NCBI GenBank assembly: GCA_017448825.1
Contig: JAFSKR010000005.1
Location: 48,511-112,510 of the forward strand
DNA from: Bacteroidaceae bacterium
GTDB lineage: Bacteria > Bacteroidota > Bacteroidia > Bacteroidales > Bacteroidaceae
Length of the DNA: 64,000 nt
Direction: 5' to 3'
The position numbers were made by a program, and so were the translations under genes. Within the stretch, counting starts at the first letter, position 1; the number at the start of each line of letters is the position of its first letter. Below the pieces are notes generated by a model. The model saw only the letters and a list, made by a program, of their open reading frames with translations, ran no database searches and was not told the origin of the DNA. Of the stretch, positions 1 to 9,474 are shown one piece after another.

Positions 1-2
1 AT

Positions 3-140
3 TTGATCCTGCGGAAGGCGGTGAAGGAGTTGCGTAGGCAGCTTTGCTTTGAACTGCTTGACTTCGATTTGCTGCCAGAGACATGGACGGTGAGGGATTT
101 GCGGCTGCTATATGCCTCCCTCTCCGACTTCAGGGGATGA
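3..140 (+). CDS. 3' end of a gene starting upstream of the window (partial); tail resembles the winged-helix C-terminus of NUDIX/NrtR-type proteins
   Basis: Frame 3 is open from the window edge to TGA 138-140 (...FELLDFDLLPETWTVRDLRLLYASLSDFRG*) and is followed directly by a hairpin terminator. The family call rests only on a recalled LLPExFT..L..LY motif. Confidence 0.3.
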   Translation: MILRKAVKELRRQLCFELLDFDLLPETWTVRDLRLLYASLSDFRG

Positions 141-146
141 TGGAAG

Positions 147-182
147 AAAAAGGCGACGTCTGTTGGGACGTCGCCTTTTTTG
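147..182. terminator. bidirectional intrinsic terminator between convergent genes
   Basis: Perfect 10-bp stem aggcgacgtc (151-160) / gacgtcgcct (167-176), with an A-run on the left and a T-run on the right. Confidence 0.75.
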
Positions 183-196
183 TGTTGTCGAATCTG

Positions 197-742
197 TTAA
201 TAGTTTTCCTTCTTCACCTCGAAGTATGCCTGCGGGTGGTTGCAGACGGGGCATACTTCGGGGGCTTGCTTGCCCACGTGGATGTGTCCGCAGTTGCGGC
301 ATTGCCAGATGCAGTCGCCATCGCGAGAGAAGACGATGCCCTCTTCGATGTTTTGGAGCAGTTTCTTGTACTTCTCTTCATGCACCTTTTCGATGGCTGC
401 CACACCTTCAAAGAGGGTTGCGATGTCATCGAACCCTTCCTCTCGGGCTTCCTTTGCCATCGTGGGGTACATATCTGTCCATTCGTCGTTTTCACCTTGA
501 GCGGCATCTTTCAGGTTGTCGATGGTGGAGCCGATGCCGTGAATCAGTTTGAACCAGAGTTTGGCGTGTTCCTTCTCTTGGTTGGCTGTTTCGGTGAAGA
601 GTTCTGAAATCTGCTCATAGCCTTCTTTCTTGGCTTTCGAGGCATAGTAAGTGTACTTGTTGCGTGCTTGCGATTCACCGGCGAACGCTGCCCAGAGGTT
701 CGCTTCGGTCTTGGTGCCTTTTAGTTCTTTTGCCATAGTCAT
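197..742 (-). CDS. rbr: rubrerythrin
   Basis: 181-aa ORF. It has a ferritin-like di-iron helices region (EANLWAAFAGESQARNKY, EKEHAKLW) plus a C-terminal rubredoxin-type CxxC..CxxC (CRNCGH...CPVCNHP). Confidence 0.93.
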   Translation of the reverse strand: MTMAKELKGTKTEANLWAAFAGESQARNKYTYYASKAKKEGYEQISELFTETANQEKEHAKLWFKLIHGIGSTIDNLKDAAQGENDEWTDMYPTMAKEAREEGFDDIATLFEGVAAIEKVHEEKYKKLLQNIEEGIVFSRDGDCIWQCRNCGHIHVGKQAPEVCPVCNHPQAYFEVKKENY

Positions 743-792
743 GTTTTAGAATTACGTGGTTAATATATGTGTTGATAGGTTTCTTGCACCCA

Positions 793-1767
793 TTACTTTT
801 TCTTTGATTTCTTAGCTTTCTTGCCGCCCTGTGCTTCGATGCTCTTCTCAGCTTTTAGCATGACCTCGGCATAGCGACGACCGATTTCACGATAGCCCTC
901 GGCGGTGAAGTGGAGCTTGTCGAAGTTGCCGGGGCATCCTAAGGATGGAACGACGTATGCAGTGGGGATGACGAGCGGCATGGTGGCGATGACGCTGTTG
1001 TGGAGGGAACAGCAGCCATTGTCCTGCTGGGAAAGGAGCTCGCCAACGAGGAGTGGGCATTGCTGGGCTTCCAAACCGAGGTCTTTCAACATACGTTCAT
1101 ATACGAGCTTCACACGCTCTGGCCAGTCGCGCTGTCCGTTGTCGGTGCAACCTTGATGGAGCAGGATACCCTTGATGACACCCACCTTTTGAGCCTCCTT
1201 TGCCATGTTGATGAGACGGCAATAGGGGTTGTTGTCGTAGGACTTGCAGAAGTTTTGGAGCCAGTTGGCTGACTTGGCGATGTAGTCGGCGGCTTTGTCT
1301 TCGTCGAAGAGGTCGATGCTGCAACCACCGATGGACACGTTGATGACACCGATGGAGATGTTTTCGGGAGTCTTTTCCACCATCGTGCGGCCGAAATAGT
1401 CGGCAGGGGTCAGTCCTGTGTACTCACGGCAGAGTGGGGGAACGGCGACATACCATTTGCCCATCTTGCGGCCCGTGTTGTTGAAATCGACGGCTGCCAT
1501 CATCTTGAAACGGGTGTTGATGCCCTCCAAGTCTTGAGGCTCAATACGTGCATTCCCTTCCATGTTCGACTGTCCGAAGCACAGATAGATGTGGAAATTG
1601 GGGTCGAACTTGGTGGGCTGCTCGATTTCACCAGCAGCGTTTTTACCGTCGTTGTAGTTGAGGACGGTGTTCTTTTCATAGAAGCTGGTCACATCTCCTT
1701 TTTTATCCTGTGCATAGCCAAGACACGCAAAGAGAGAAAGCGCAACGGTTAGAAAGATTGTTTTCAT
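793..1767 (-). CDS. SASA/CE6-type SGNH carbohydrate esterase (sialate O-acetylesterase / acetyl-xylan esterase-like), secreted
   Basis: ORF 793..1875 trimmed to ATG 1767, which gives the signal peptide MKTIFLTVALSLFACLGYAQ. GQSNMEG motif present. A -7 box lies 36 nt upstream. Confidence 0.8.
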   Translation of the reverse strand: MKTIFLTVALSLFACLGYAQDKKGDVTSFYEKNTVLNYNDGKNAAGEIEQPTKFDPNFHIYLCFGQSNMEGNARIEPQDLEGINTRFKMMAAVDFNNTGRKMGKWYVAVPPLCREYTGLTPADYFGRTMVEKTPENISIGVINVSIGGCSIDLFDEDKAADYIAKSANWLQNFCKSYDNNPYCRLINMAKEAQKVGVIKGILLHQGCTDNGQRDWPERVKLVYERMLKDLGLEAQQCPLLVGELLSQQDNGCCSLHNSVIATMPLVIPTAYVVPSLGCPGNFDKLHFTAEGYREIGRRYAEVMLKAEKSIEAQGGKKAKKSKKK

Positions 1768-1802
1768 ATAAGTAGTAATTTTTATAGAGGTGAGTTTGAT
1801 TG

Positions 1803-1810
1803 CAAAGATA
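1803..1810 (-). promoter_or_regulatory. putative Bacteroidota -7 box (TAnnTTTG) for the esterase gene
   Basis: Minus strand reads TATCTTTG, 36 nt upstream of ATG 1767. Confidence 0.5.
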
Positions 1811-1906
1811 TGACAATTTGTGGAAAGTACAAAATGAAAGAAGCTATATGTTACGAAAATGGAAATATAAGACACATGGAGAGAAGGGTTTGGGGAAAGA
1901 AAGGAC

Positions 1907-1914
1907 TACCTTTG
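1907..1914 (+). promoter_or_regulatory. putative -7 box (TAnnTTTG) for the GH43 gene
   Basis: TACCTTTG 32 nt upstream of ATG 1946; divergent from the esterase promoter. Confidence 0.5.
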
Positions 1915-1945
1915 CAAACAAATTGGACTAAAACCTATATTTACA

Positions 1946-3403
1946 ATGAGAAAAATCTTTCGTTTTATGAGTGTGCTTTGCGGGATGTCGCTTTTTGCCC
2001 TGCAAGCATTGGCACAGAACCCCTTCGTGCAGACGTGGTGTACGAGTGACCCGGCTCCTTTGGCTGTGGGCGACCGAATGTATGTTTATACAGGACATGA
2101 TGAAGACCATGCCGATTTCTTTTGGATGCAGGAATGGCGTGTCTATAGTTCTGCCGACATGGTGAACTGGACTGACCACGGAAGCCCGTTGGCTTTGGAG
2201 AGTTTCAGTTGGGCAGATGACCGTGCATGGGCGAGTCAATGCATCGAGCGCAATGGCAAGTTCTATTGGTACATCTGTGCCCACTCCAAATTGTCGAATG
2301 GCATGGCGATTGGTGTGGCTGTGGCCGATTCACCTGAAGGCCCTTACCGTGATGCGATTGGCAAGCCACTGTATGAGAATGGCAGTTGGGATCACATCGA
2401 CCCCACAGTGTTCATTGATGACGATGGTCAGGCATGGCTCTACTGGGGCAATCCGCGCGTGTATTGTGTGAAGTTGAACGAGGACATGGTGAGTCTTGCA
2501 GGCGAGGTATTCAACTTGGAAATGACCGAAGAGGGCTTTGGCGCTCCTGACATGACGAAGCGTGACCGTGAAAAGAAATATAAGGACTGCTACACCGAGG
2601 GACCTTGGATTATGAAGAAGCCCCAAGCCTCCCTGCCTCCAAAGGGGAAGGGCATCCGCAGTGGCGGGAAACAAAAGGCAAACTCCGCAAAAGGGACGGG
2701 GGGCTACTACCTGCTCTATGCTGCTGGTGGTGTTCCTGAACACCTCGCTTATTCTGAGGCTCCTACGCCGACGGGTCCGTGGACATACAAGGGTACTATC
2801 ATGCCGGAGGGTGGCACAGGTTCCTTCACCAACCATTGTGGCTATGAGCGTTTCAAGGGTCACGACTACTTTTTCTACCACACAGGAAAGCTGCCTGGTG
2901 GTGGCGGTTTTGGCAGAAGTGTGGCGGTGGAAGAGTTCACTTTCAATCCCGATGGCACCTTCCCGACGATTCTTCCTACAGACGAAGGTGTGAAGCCCAT
3001 CGGCACCCTCAACCCCTACACACGTGTGGAGGCAGAGACGATGGCTTTTTCCAAAGGTGTAAAGAGCGAGTGGAACGACGAGACAGGCGTGTATATTGCA
3101 GACATTCATGAGGGTGACTACATCAAACTGCAAGCTGTTGATTTTGCCGACAAGAACCCTCATGTCTTCAAAGCCAGTGTGGCAAGTGCCCTGCGTGGTG
3201 GCAGCATTGAGGTAAGAGTGGATAGCCTTAGTGGTCAGGTGCTGACCACTCTTGCTGTGGGACATACTGGCGGATGGGAGAAGTGGCAGACACTGACAGC
3301 CGACATTAAGGAGTCCGTCACTGGCACTCATGACCTCTACTTCGTCTTCCGTGCTCGCAAGGGTGTGAAAGCCATGAATTTCGATTGGTGGTGCTTTGAG
3401 TAA
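1946..3403 (+). CDS. glycoside hydrolase family 43 (xylosidase/arabinofuranosidase type) with C-terminal CBM6-like module
   Basis: 485 aa with a signal peptide. GH43 propeller signatures are present (TSDPAP, YTGHDED, TEGPW, YYLLYAAGG). The C-terminal ~130 aa beta-sandwich ends in NFDWWCFE. Confidence 0.85.
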   Translation: MRKIFRFMSVLCGMSLFALQALAQNPFVQTWCTSDPAPLAVGDRMYVYTGHDEDHADFFWMQEWRVYSSADMVNWTDHGSPLALESFSWADDRAWASQCIERNGKFYWYICAHSKLSNGMAIGVAVADSPEGPYRDAIGKPLYENGSWDHIDPTVFIDDDGQAWLYWGNPRVYCVKLNEDMVSLAGEVFNLEMTEEGFGAPDMTKRDREKKYKDCYTEGPWIMKKPQASLPPKGKGIRSGGKQKANSAKGTGGYYLLYAAGGVPEHLAYSEAPTPTGPWTYKGTIMPEGGTGSFTNHCGYERFKGHDYFFYHTGKLPGGGGFGRSVAVEEFTFNPDGTFPTILPTDEGVKPIGTLNPYTRVEAETMAFSKGVKSEWNDETGVYIADIHEGDYIKLQAVDFADKNPHVFKASVASALRGGSIEVRVDSLSGQVLTTLAVGHTGGWEKWQTLTADIKESVTGTHDLYFVFRARKGVKAMNFDWWCFE

Positions 3404-3423
3404 GTGCCATTATTTCATGTACG

Positions 3424-3482
3424 ATGGACGATGTACGACGTGGCTTACTTGATGTAAGCAAGCCGCATGGTACATCGTCCAT
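3424..3482. terminator. compound hairpin / bidirectional terminator between convergent GH43 and tamB
   Basis: 13-bp arms atggacgatgtac (3424-3436) / gtacatcgtccat (3470-3482), enclosing an inner hairpin gcttac..gtaagc. Confidence 0.6.
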
Positions 3483-3495
3483 TTGATATTTCCCA

Positions 3496-6400
3496 TCATT
3501 TAGCCTTTTTTTTCATCCTTCTGCGGATGGATTCAAATTCATGTCGCCATGAGAGGCCGAGTCCTTGGGTGTTGAGGGTGGCTTTGGTGAAATAGCGGTC
3601 GTTGGTTTGGTTGTAGGCTTTCACGTAGAGGGTGCCTTTCTGGTTCATGCGCCATTTCACCTCGAAGTCGCCGATGAAGTTGGCATGGTTGGTCAGTGCG
3701 TTGTCACGATAGCCAAACGCTCCGTTGATGAGCAGGCGTTCGTCGAGCAATCGTCCTTCGAGCATACCTTCCACATCAAGGTCATCCCAGCCCTTTTCGC
3801 CAGTGGTGAGTGACGAACCGAAGTTCCAGTTCGTGTTGTTGCCGATGACGTTGCTCAACATTTGGTTGATTTGTCCGCTTAGTGTTGACGAGAGCAACGA
3901 ATTGACCGCTTGGCTGGAGTTGTCGCCTCCATTGGCACGGGCGTATTCGTTGGGGTAGAAGCGTCCGAGCCCCAACAGGTAAATCATCTGTGTGTTCATC
4001 TCTTCCTCCGAGTTAATCATTGAGCGCACCAGTTGGCGCACTTCCTCGTTCACGTTGGGGAGTTCCATGTCGAACGCGAAGTCCATGTTGCCCAGTTTGC
4101 CTGTGATGTCGAGGATGCAGATGACCTTCACCTTGTTGTTCTGCGAGAAGGCGGTGGTGGCAGTCAGGTCGCTGAGTGGTACAGAGTTGATGGTGTGATG
4201 GCAGATAAGGTGGATGTTTGCGTCGAAAGGGTTGCCATTAAACTCCACCATCGAGCCTGGTTGCAGAGCGAGGTCGCGGAAAATGATGTCTTGCAGGTAG
4301 AGACGATACGAGCCTGCGTTGATGTTGTAGTTGCCGAAGAGTTGGAACGAACCTTTGTTATACCATTTCGCGGTCAGTTGGGCATTTCCGAAGGTGCGCA
4401 TATAGCCGTCTTCAATGTTGTCCATGCGCAGTTTCACCTCACAGGCAGGAGTGAGGTTGATGTCGAAGTTGATAAAGATGTCGCTGTCGTAGTTCTTCTT
4501 CGCTTCTTTCACGATGGTGAGCGAGTCTTTCATGACAGGTGCAGCTTCCGTCTCATCGGAAGGACGGTCAAACAGATGTGGCGAGGCCGTCAACAGCGAG
4601 TCGCGGTCACGGAACTCGATGAAGCTATTCCCTGTGATGGCATCGGGCGTGGCGGCATCGTAGGCAAAGACGGAGCCTCGGGTGGGGGTGACGGAAGCAT
4701 TGACATAGAGTGGATGCCCGTCGCTGCCGTCGATGGTCAGATTGCCATCCGCAAAGACGGTGGCAAGGAACTTGTCGCTGTTGAACTCCGTTTCGTCATA
4801 GGCAAGCAGTTCGTGCAAGTCAGCCTTGAAGTGGTAGGCGAAGTTCTTCATGTTGCGATGGGTCACTTGTCCGTTGATGGTGGAGCGATGTCCGAAGCGG
4901 TCGTAGATGCTGATGTTCTGGAAGTTGAATAGATAAGGTCGGATATGCAGTGTATCACCTTCGATGTGGTAGGGCACGTTGGTGGCACGAAGGCGCAGGT
5001 TCATGGTCGGCACGGCATCGCCCACGATATTGACGTCATTGAGGGGACCGATGATGCTGATGGGGCCTGTCACATAGCCTGACACTTCTTTGAACACGCC
5101 ACCCAAGAAGCCGTGAATGAAGGCGGCATTGGTGTTGAGGGTGTTGATGTCCAGTCGGATGTCGTTCCTCGCTGGTGAAATCCAACCATCCACGGTGGTG
5201 ATGCCTGTGACGTTCTTCTCTCTGCCTGTCAGTCCGTCGGGCACTTGGTAGAGGTCCACGATGCGTCCTTCCACAGAGATGCCCTCCACCTCCTTGTCCC
5301 AATGTGCGGTGATATTGGCATCGCCGATAGGGCCTTCCTGCACCGATAGGTTTTCCACGAAAAGGTTGGCACGAATGTCGGGCTCTCCGTTGCCCAGCAC
5401 GTTGTTCACCACGGCGCGTCCTGATGCCTTGCCCGCAAAACGCACGACCGTGAAGTTGACCAACGAGAGGATATACTCGATTTCGAGGTTGTTCAGAGTT
5501 GCTACCAGCGAATCGGAAGGCGAGTCAGAAGCACGTCCGTTGATGGCAAGGAAGCTGTTCGTGTTGTCGTTGGCGAATTTCACGCCACGGCACTCTATAT
5601 TTTTCTTGTACAGTGAGATGTGTGCAGGCGACACAGTCCATGTGGTGTCGTTCACGGTGGCACTTGACTTTCTTAGGGTGATGTCCGTCTTCATGCTGCC
5701 TAAGGAGTCGCTGAGTTGGATGACGGGCAGGAGTTGCAGGATGATGTGGTTGCGTCCGTCAGTGTTCATGTAGAGGTCGCTGCTGATGCGGTTGTTGTGG
5801 ATGTCGGCAGTCACATCCACTTTCGTTGAGGTGGATGGTTCCTCGTCATCGTCGCTCTCTTGAAAGGTTGATGCCAGCGCATGCAGGTTCAGGTTTTCTG
5901 CTGTACTGTTGCAGGTCATGGCGATATCGTCATATTGTTTGCCGTTGTACGTTAGGCAAGGTGCCGACAGTTGCAGGTTCAGCAGGTTCTCTGTCCCGTT
6001 CAAGTCGCCTGACAGGTGAACGGGTTTCTTCAACTCGAAGTCGGTATCGGTGAAATGGTGCAGCACGGGTGCGTCTGTCAATGTCAAGTCGTACGTGAAG
6101 TTTGCGTGTGTTGCCTCCTGTGACTTGATGAGTGCAGGCAGATGGTGTGCCAGTTGATGGCTGAAGCTGGCGGCGAGGTCGGCGAGGCTGACATCGCCTT
6201 GGATGGTGGCGGCCAAGATGTCGCTGCCGATGGTGTAGCGGCTTTCTTGAGGAGACGTGCGTTCGGCTTGCAGGGTGATATGGTCGATGTCGTATTGGTC
6301 GGTGGGAGTGGACAGGTGAAGGTCTTGGATGGAGACAGTGCCGTACAGTTGCTGGAAGTCTGCTCCATGCAGTTGTACCATCGCATTCAAGGAAAGGTCT

Positions 6401-8022
6401 TCGTCTTTGTATTGGTCTGTGAGATTCAGGTTGCTAGGTCTGAATTGCTCGAGTATTAGATTGAGTTGGATATCTTTGGCAGGTGTATCGCTATAGGCAA
6501 AGTCTGCTGTGGCTTTCACCTGCTCGTCATCGATGCTGGCGGTGCCTTCCACTTGGTTCGAAGTGCTGCGGGCATCGACGGTGATGTTTTGGTAATTATA
6601 GCCATGATACTGCAAGCTGTACACCTCTCCCGTCACCTTGCCAGCAGGGAAGGGGTGGGTTTTTGCCAGATTCATGGCGATATCCAGGGCAAACGACGTG
6701 GTGCCGATGCCGTTTGCTTCAGGGTTCGCCGTATCGTTCGTTCCTCCTAATATTTTCCCCAACTGGATGCTGTCGCCACTCACTGTGCCTGCCAAGAACT
6801 GTTCAGCATCGTAACTGAGGTCATAGTCAGCAGCTCCCAGTCCTGTTTCGAGGCTTCCTTGCGAGGTGATGGAACCGTCGGCAACATAGTTGAGGTTGCC
6901 TTTGTATGCCACCTCTTGCAATGAAGTGAGCAGCTCTTCCTTACCGTGGTCGGGAACGAACACATCGACCAGTTGGCAAATGGTTGGGTTACTGATGCGC
7001 AGGGTCGTGATGTCGGTACGGATGTCGCGCTTGTTGCGGCTGAGCGGATGTGTCACTGAGCCGATGGCGCGTAACAGGATGCCGTCCTCTTCGTTGCCAA
7101 TGGCACATTCTTTCATGTTCACCTCTTGGTCGTTGCCTTCCAGGTCGAGACGGAACGGGATGGCATCGGTGAGTGTCGCCAGTGGCTGATAGAAGAGGGC
7201 AAGGTCTTTAGGCACGATGCTTCCGCTGAGGGGACTCCCGTGGAACTGGAAGGTGCTGTCGTGCTCGAAGTTGCCGTAGTAGGCATACAGTGAGTCGATG
7301 TCCACGTGGGAGTGGGGCAGGGCAAGATGCACATCGGAGAGGGTGGCACACTGTGTGTTGGCAACCAGTTTCAGTCGTGTCTCTTTCACTGCCAGTCCAG
7401 TGTTCGGTTCTTTGGCTTGCAGACGGCGTATGGCAATGTTCAGTGAGTCGTCGGTCAGGCAACGAAGCATCACATTCATGCCGCAGTCATGCAGTCGCAA
7501 ATGGTTGGGGTCTAAGGTGTTGGGAAGAGTGGGCTGGGATTTCACGTCATAGCTGACATCTGCATGACGCAGGATGAACGAGCCGATGCGGAGGTTGAGT
7601 TCCGTGGGTTCCTTGGTGTCGTCACTCTTGAAGGCGTCGATGAGGAATTGGAAGTTTGGGGCACTGTCAGGCGTTTCGCGGTAGAGTGTGGCCTTCACGC
7701 CAAACAGTTGTGCCGTACCGATATTTACCTGTCCTGATAGCAGGGCGAAAGGGTTCAAGCTTGCCGACACACGGGCGATGTGTGCCAATGGTTCATCTGT
7801 AGGAGTGGCGATATTGATGTCGTTGACGATGATGCGGTTGAGCAGTCCGAGGTTGATGCTGCCAATTTCTACGTTCGCCTTGACTTGCTTCGACAAGAGA
7901 TGTGCCGTCCATCCAGCCAGCCTTTGCTGCATGAAAGGCAAGCTAAACAGCAGCACGATGACCGCATACATCGCTATCACCGTACCGACAAGGTTGACCA
8001 ATATCTTTTCTAAGCGTTTCAA
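3496..8022 (-). CDS. tamB: translocation and assembly module protein TamB (DUF490-type giant envelope protein)
   Basis: 1508 aa: N-terminal membrane anchor, very long beta-rich body, conserved C-terminal end. The track start is TTG at 8020-8022, overlapping the ribH stop (TTGA). The first ATG is at 7971, so the start is uncertain. Confidence 0.85.
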   Translation of the reverse strand: MKRLEKILVNLVGTVIAMYAVIVLLFSLPFMQQRLAGWTAHLLSKQVKANVEIGSINLGLLNRIIVNDINIATPTDEPLAHIARVSASLNPFALLSGQVNIGTAQLFGVKATLYRETPDSAPNFQFLIDAFKSDDTKEPTELNLRIGSFILRHADVSYDVKSQPTLPNTLDPNHLRLHDCGMNVMLRCLTDDSLNIAIRRLQAKEPNTGLAVKETRLKLVANTQCATLSDVHLALPHSHVDIDSLYAYYGNFEHDSTFQFHGSPLSGSIVPKDLALFYQPLATLTDAIPFRLDLEGNDQEVNMKECAIGNEEDGILLRAIGSVTHPLSRNKRDIRTDITTLRISNPTICQLVDVFVPDHGKEELLTSLQEVAYKGNLNYVADGSITSQGSLETGLGAADYDLSYDAEQFLAGTVSGDSIQLGKILGGTNDTANPEANGIGTTSFALDIAMNLAKTHPFPAGKVTGEVYSLQYHGYNYQNITVDARSTSNQVEGTASIDDEQVKATADFAYSDTPAKDIQLNLILEQFRPSNLNLTDQYKDEDLSLNAMVQLHGADFQQLYGTVSIQDLHLSTPTDQYDIDHITLQAERTSPQESRYTIGSDILAATIQGDVSLADLAASFSHQLAHHLPALIKSQEATHANFTYDLTLTDAPVLHHFTDTDFELKKPVHLSGDLNGTENLLNLQLSAPCLTYNGKQYDDIAMTCNSTAENLNLHALASTFQESDDDEEPSTSTKVDVTADIHNNRISSDLYMNTDGRNHIILQLLPVIQLSDSLGSMKTDITLRKSSATVNDTTWTVSPAHISLYKKNIECRGVKFANDNTNSFLAINGRASDSPSDSLVATLNNLEIEYILSLVNFTVVRFAGKASGRAVVNNVLGNGEPDIRANLFVENLSVQEGPIGDANITAHWDKEVEGISVEGRIVDLYQVPDGLTGREKNVTGITTVDGWISPARNDIRLDINTLNTNAAFIHGFLGGVFKEVSGYVTGPISIIGPLNDVNIVGDAVPTMNLRLRATNVPYHIEGDTLHIRPYLFNFQNISIYDRFGHRSTINGQVTHRNMKNFAYHFKADLHELLAYDETEFNSDKFLATVFADGNLTIDGSDGHPLYVNASVTPTRGSVFAYDAATPDAITGNSFIEFRDRDSLLTASPHLFDRPSDETEAAPVMKDSLTIVKEAKKNYDSDIFINFDINLTPACEVKLRMDNIEDGYMRTFGNAQLTAKWYNKGSFQLFGNYNINAGSYRLYLQDIIFRDLALQPGSMVEFNGNPFDANIHLICHHTINSVPLSDLTATTAFSQNNKVKVICILDITGKLGNMDFAFDMELPNVNEEVRQLVRSMINSEEEMNTQMIYLLGLGRFYPNEYARANGGDNSSQAVNSLLSSTLSGQINQMLSNVIGNNTNWNFGSSLTTGEKGWDDLDVEGMLEGRLLDERLLINGAFGYRDNALTNHANFIGDFEVKWRMNQKGTLYVKAYNQTNDRYFTKATLNTQGLGLSWRHEFESIRRRMKKKAK

Positions 8023-8516
8023 TCTTTTTTCCGCATGAAGTCAACCATCTTGAGGGCAGTCACAGCACATTCGTCACCCTTGTTGCCCAATTTGCCGCCT
8101 GCGCGGTCTTTGGCTTGCTCCATGTCGAGTGTGGTGATAAGTCCATAGATGACGGGGGTGTCCTGTGTGGCATTCAAGTGTGCCAGCCCTTGTGTCACGC
8201 CTTGACAGATGTATCGGTCGTGTGGGGTTTCTCCACGGATGACGCAGCCAATGGCGATGACGGCATCCACTTTTGTCTTCACCATCTGTGCAGCACCATA
8301 TATCAGTTCGAAACTGCCTGGTACTGTCTTCACCGTGATGTCTTCGGGATAAACGCCATGTTTCATCAACGTGTTTTTCGCACCTTCCAGCAGGGCAGCG
8401 GTGATGTTCTCGTTCCATTCAGCCACGACGATGCCCATTTTCATGCCAGTGCCATCGGGCACCTTGTTGATGTCGTAGTCGGATAGGTTGTGGTTTTGGG
8501 TAGCCATAGTTCTCAA
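8019..8516 (-). CDS. ribH: 6,7-dimethyl-8-ribityllumazine synthase
   Basis: 165 aa with lumazine synthase motifs ([33 protein letters not shown]). Confidence 0.93.
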   Translation of the reverse strand: MRTMATQNHNLSDYDINKVPDGTGMKMGIVVAEWNENITAALLEGAKNTLMKHGVYPEDITVKTVPGSFELIYGAAQMVKTKVDAVIAIGCVIRGETPHDRYICQGVTQGLAHLNATQDTPVIYGLITTLDMEQAKDRAGGKLGNKGDECAVTALKMVDFMRKKD

Positions 8517-8530
8517 CTGAGTTGTAAATT

Positions 8531-8595
8531 AAAAACTAAAAGTGAAAGTTACTGAAAGTCAATCATTGGCCGAGTAATTTTCACTTTTAGTTTTT
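8531..8595. terminator. 23-bp-arm A/T-rich stem-loop between the TPR gene and ribH
   Basis: aaaaactaaaagtgaaagttact (8531-8553) pairs with agtaattttcacttttagttttt (8573-8595) with 1 mismatch and a 19-nt loop. Both arms end in A/T runs. Confidence 0.55.
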
Positions 8596-8617
8596 AACTT
8601 TAGTTTTTCGTTGATTG

Positions 8618-9301
8618 TTATTTTGTTGCTCTTTCGATATACTTGTCGATTTCCTGTGACAGAGGACTGCGGAAGTACTGCTTCTTGATTTTGTTGTACA
8701 ACTCCAGTGCTTTGTCGTTTTGACCAAGGGATTCATACACCTCACCGGCTTGCAAGAGGAATACGGGGCTTACGGCATCGTTGTCTGCCTTGTTGGCTGC
8801 CTTGATGAGTGTGCTGATACCCTTCTCGTTCTCACCCTTCTGCACGTAGAGGTTGCCAAGGGCAGCAATGGCAGCAGGGCTGATGATGTCGTCATCCTGC
8901 ACGGAGAAGTCCTCCAGATACTTGATGGCCTCGTCCACCTTGTCTGTCTTGGCGAATGCAAGTCCTGCATAGAGTTTGGCAAGGTTGGCTGTCTGAGTGC
9001 CGCCGAACTCGTCGATGATTTTCAAGAATCCTTTTGTGTTGCCGTCACCGTTCAGTGCCTGTTCATACTGCTGCTGAGCAAACGCTGTCTGAGCTGCTAC
9101 GATGGCTTTCTGGGCACTCAGCTCCTTGTCAGCCATGTAGTTCTTGTAAATATAGACACCTGCAACGATGACGATGATTACACCCAGAACGGCTGCAATC
9201 TTTTTCCAGTTTTTCTCGATGAACGCTTCGCCCTTGTTGAGCTGTACGTCAAGTGCGATGGGTTCATCCTTAACCACTTGTTGTTTCTTGTTTTTTGCCA
9301 T
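8618..9301 (-). CDS. membrane-anchored tetratricopeptide-repeat protein (YfgM-like architecture)
   Basis: 227 aa. TM anchor IAAVLGVIIVIVAGVYIY is followed by TPR-like helical repeats. Confidence 0.7.
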   Translation of the reverse strand: MAKNKKQQVVKDEPIALDVQLNKGEAFIEKNWKKIAAVLGVIIVIVAGVYIYKNYMADKELSAQKAIVAAQTAFAQQQYEQALNGDGNTKGFLKIIDEFGGTQTANLAKLYAGLAFAKTDKVDEAIKYLEDFSVQDDDIISPAAIAALGNLYVQKGENEKGISTLIKAANKADNDAVSPVFLLQAGEVYESLGQNDKALELYNKIKKQYFRSPLSQEIDKYIERATK

Positions 9302-9344
9302 AATTATGTTTAGTTTTTATTTTCTCAAAATTACAAAAATCATG

Positions 9345-9352
9345 CAAAGTTA
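9345..9352 (-). promoter_or_regulatory. putative -7 box for the TPR gene
   Basis: Minus strand reads TAACTTTG, 44 nt upstream of ATG 9301. Confidence 0.5.
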
Positions 9353-9407
9353 CGACATTTTCATTGAACGGGAAAACTTTTTACCAAAATTCTTCTGTTT
9401 TCACCTT

Positions 9408-9449
9408 TCATTTATCATTTGTCATTTATCATTTATCATTTGTCATTTA
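9408..9449. repeat. heptanucleotide microsatellite (TCATTTR)x6
   Basis: tcattta tcatttg tcattta tcattta tcatttg tcattta read directly from the sequence. It is intergenic, between the stop at 9475 and the promoter at 9345. Confidence 0.9.
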
Positions 9450-9474
9450 GCGAAGGCTTATTCAGCGAAGCGCC

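Noticed and set aside
83-607. 174-aa and 146-aa plus-strand ORFs overlapping rubrerythrin
   Set aside because: They are antisense shadows of a gene with unmistakable rubrerythrin motifs. They have low-complexity, Cys/Arg-rich translations and no promoter box.
4033-4932. 299-aa plus-strand ORF inside tamB, and similar long antisense ORFs elsewhere
   Set aside because: All lie opposite strongly supported genes, lack recognisable motifs and have skewed composition, so they were treated as shadow ORFs. The others are 2330..3331, 12208..13056, 13144..13788, 15785..16612, 17697..18260, 20731..21441, 29703..30542, 33320..34048, 35272..36093, 42869..43630, 45673..46431 and 46952..47836.
8517-8617. 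FMN riboswitch upstream of ribH
   Set aside because: The ~100-nt spacer is filled by a simple A/T-rich stem-loop, and none of the conserved G-rich FMN aptamer segments is present.
9408-9449. CRISPR-like array
   Set aside because: The repeats are contiguous 7-mers without spacers. No repeat-spacer periodicity of 25-40 bp and no cas genes occur anywhere in the window.
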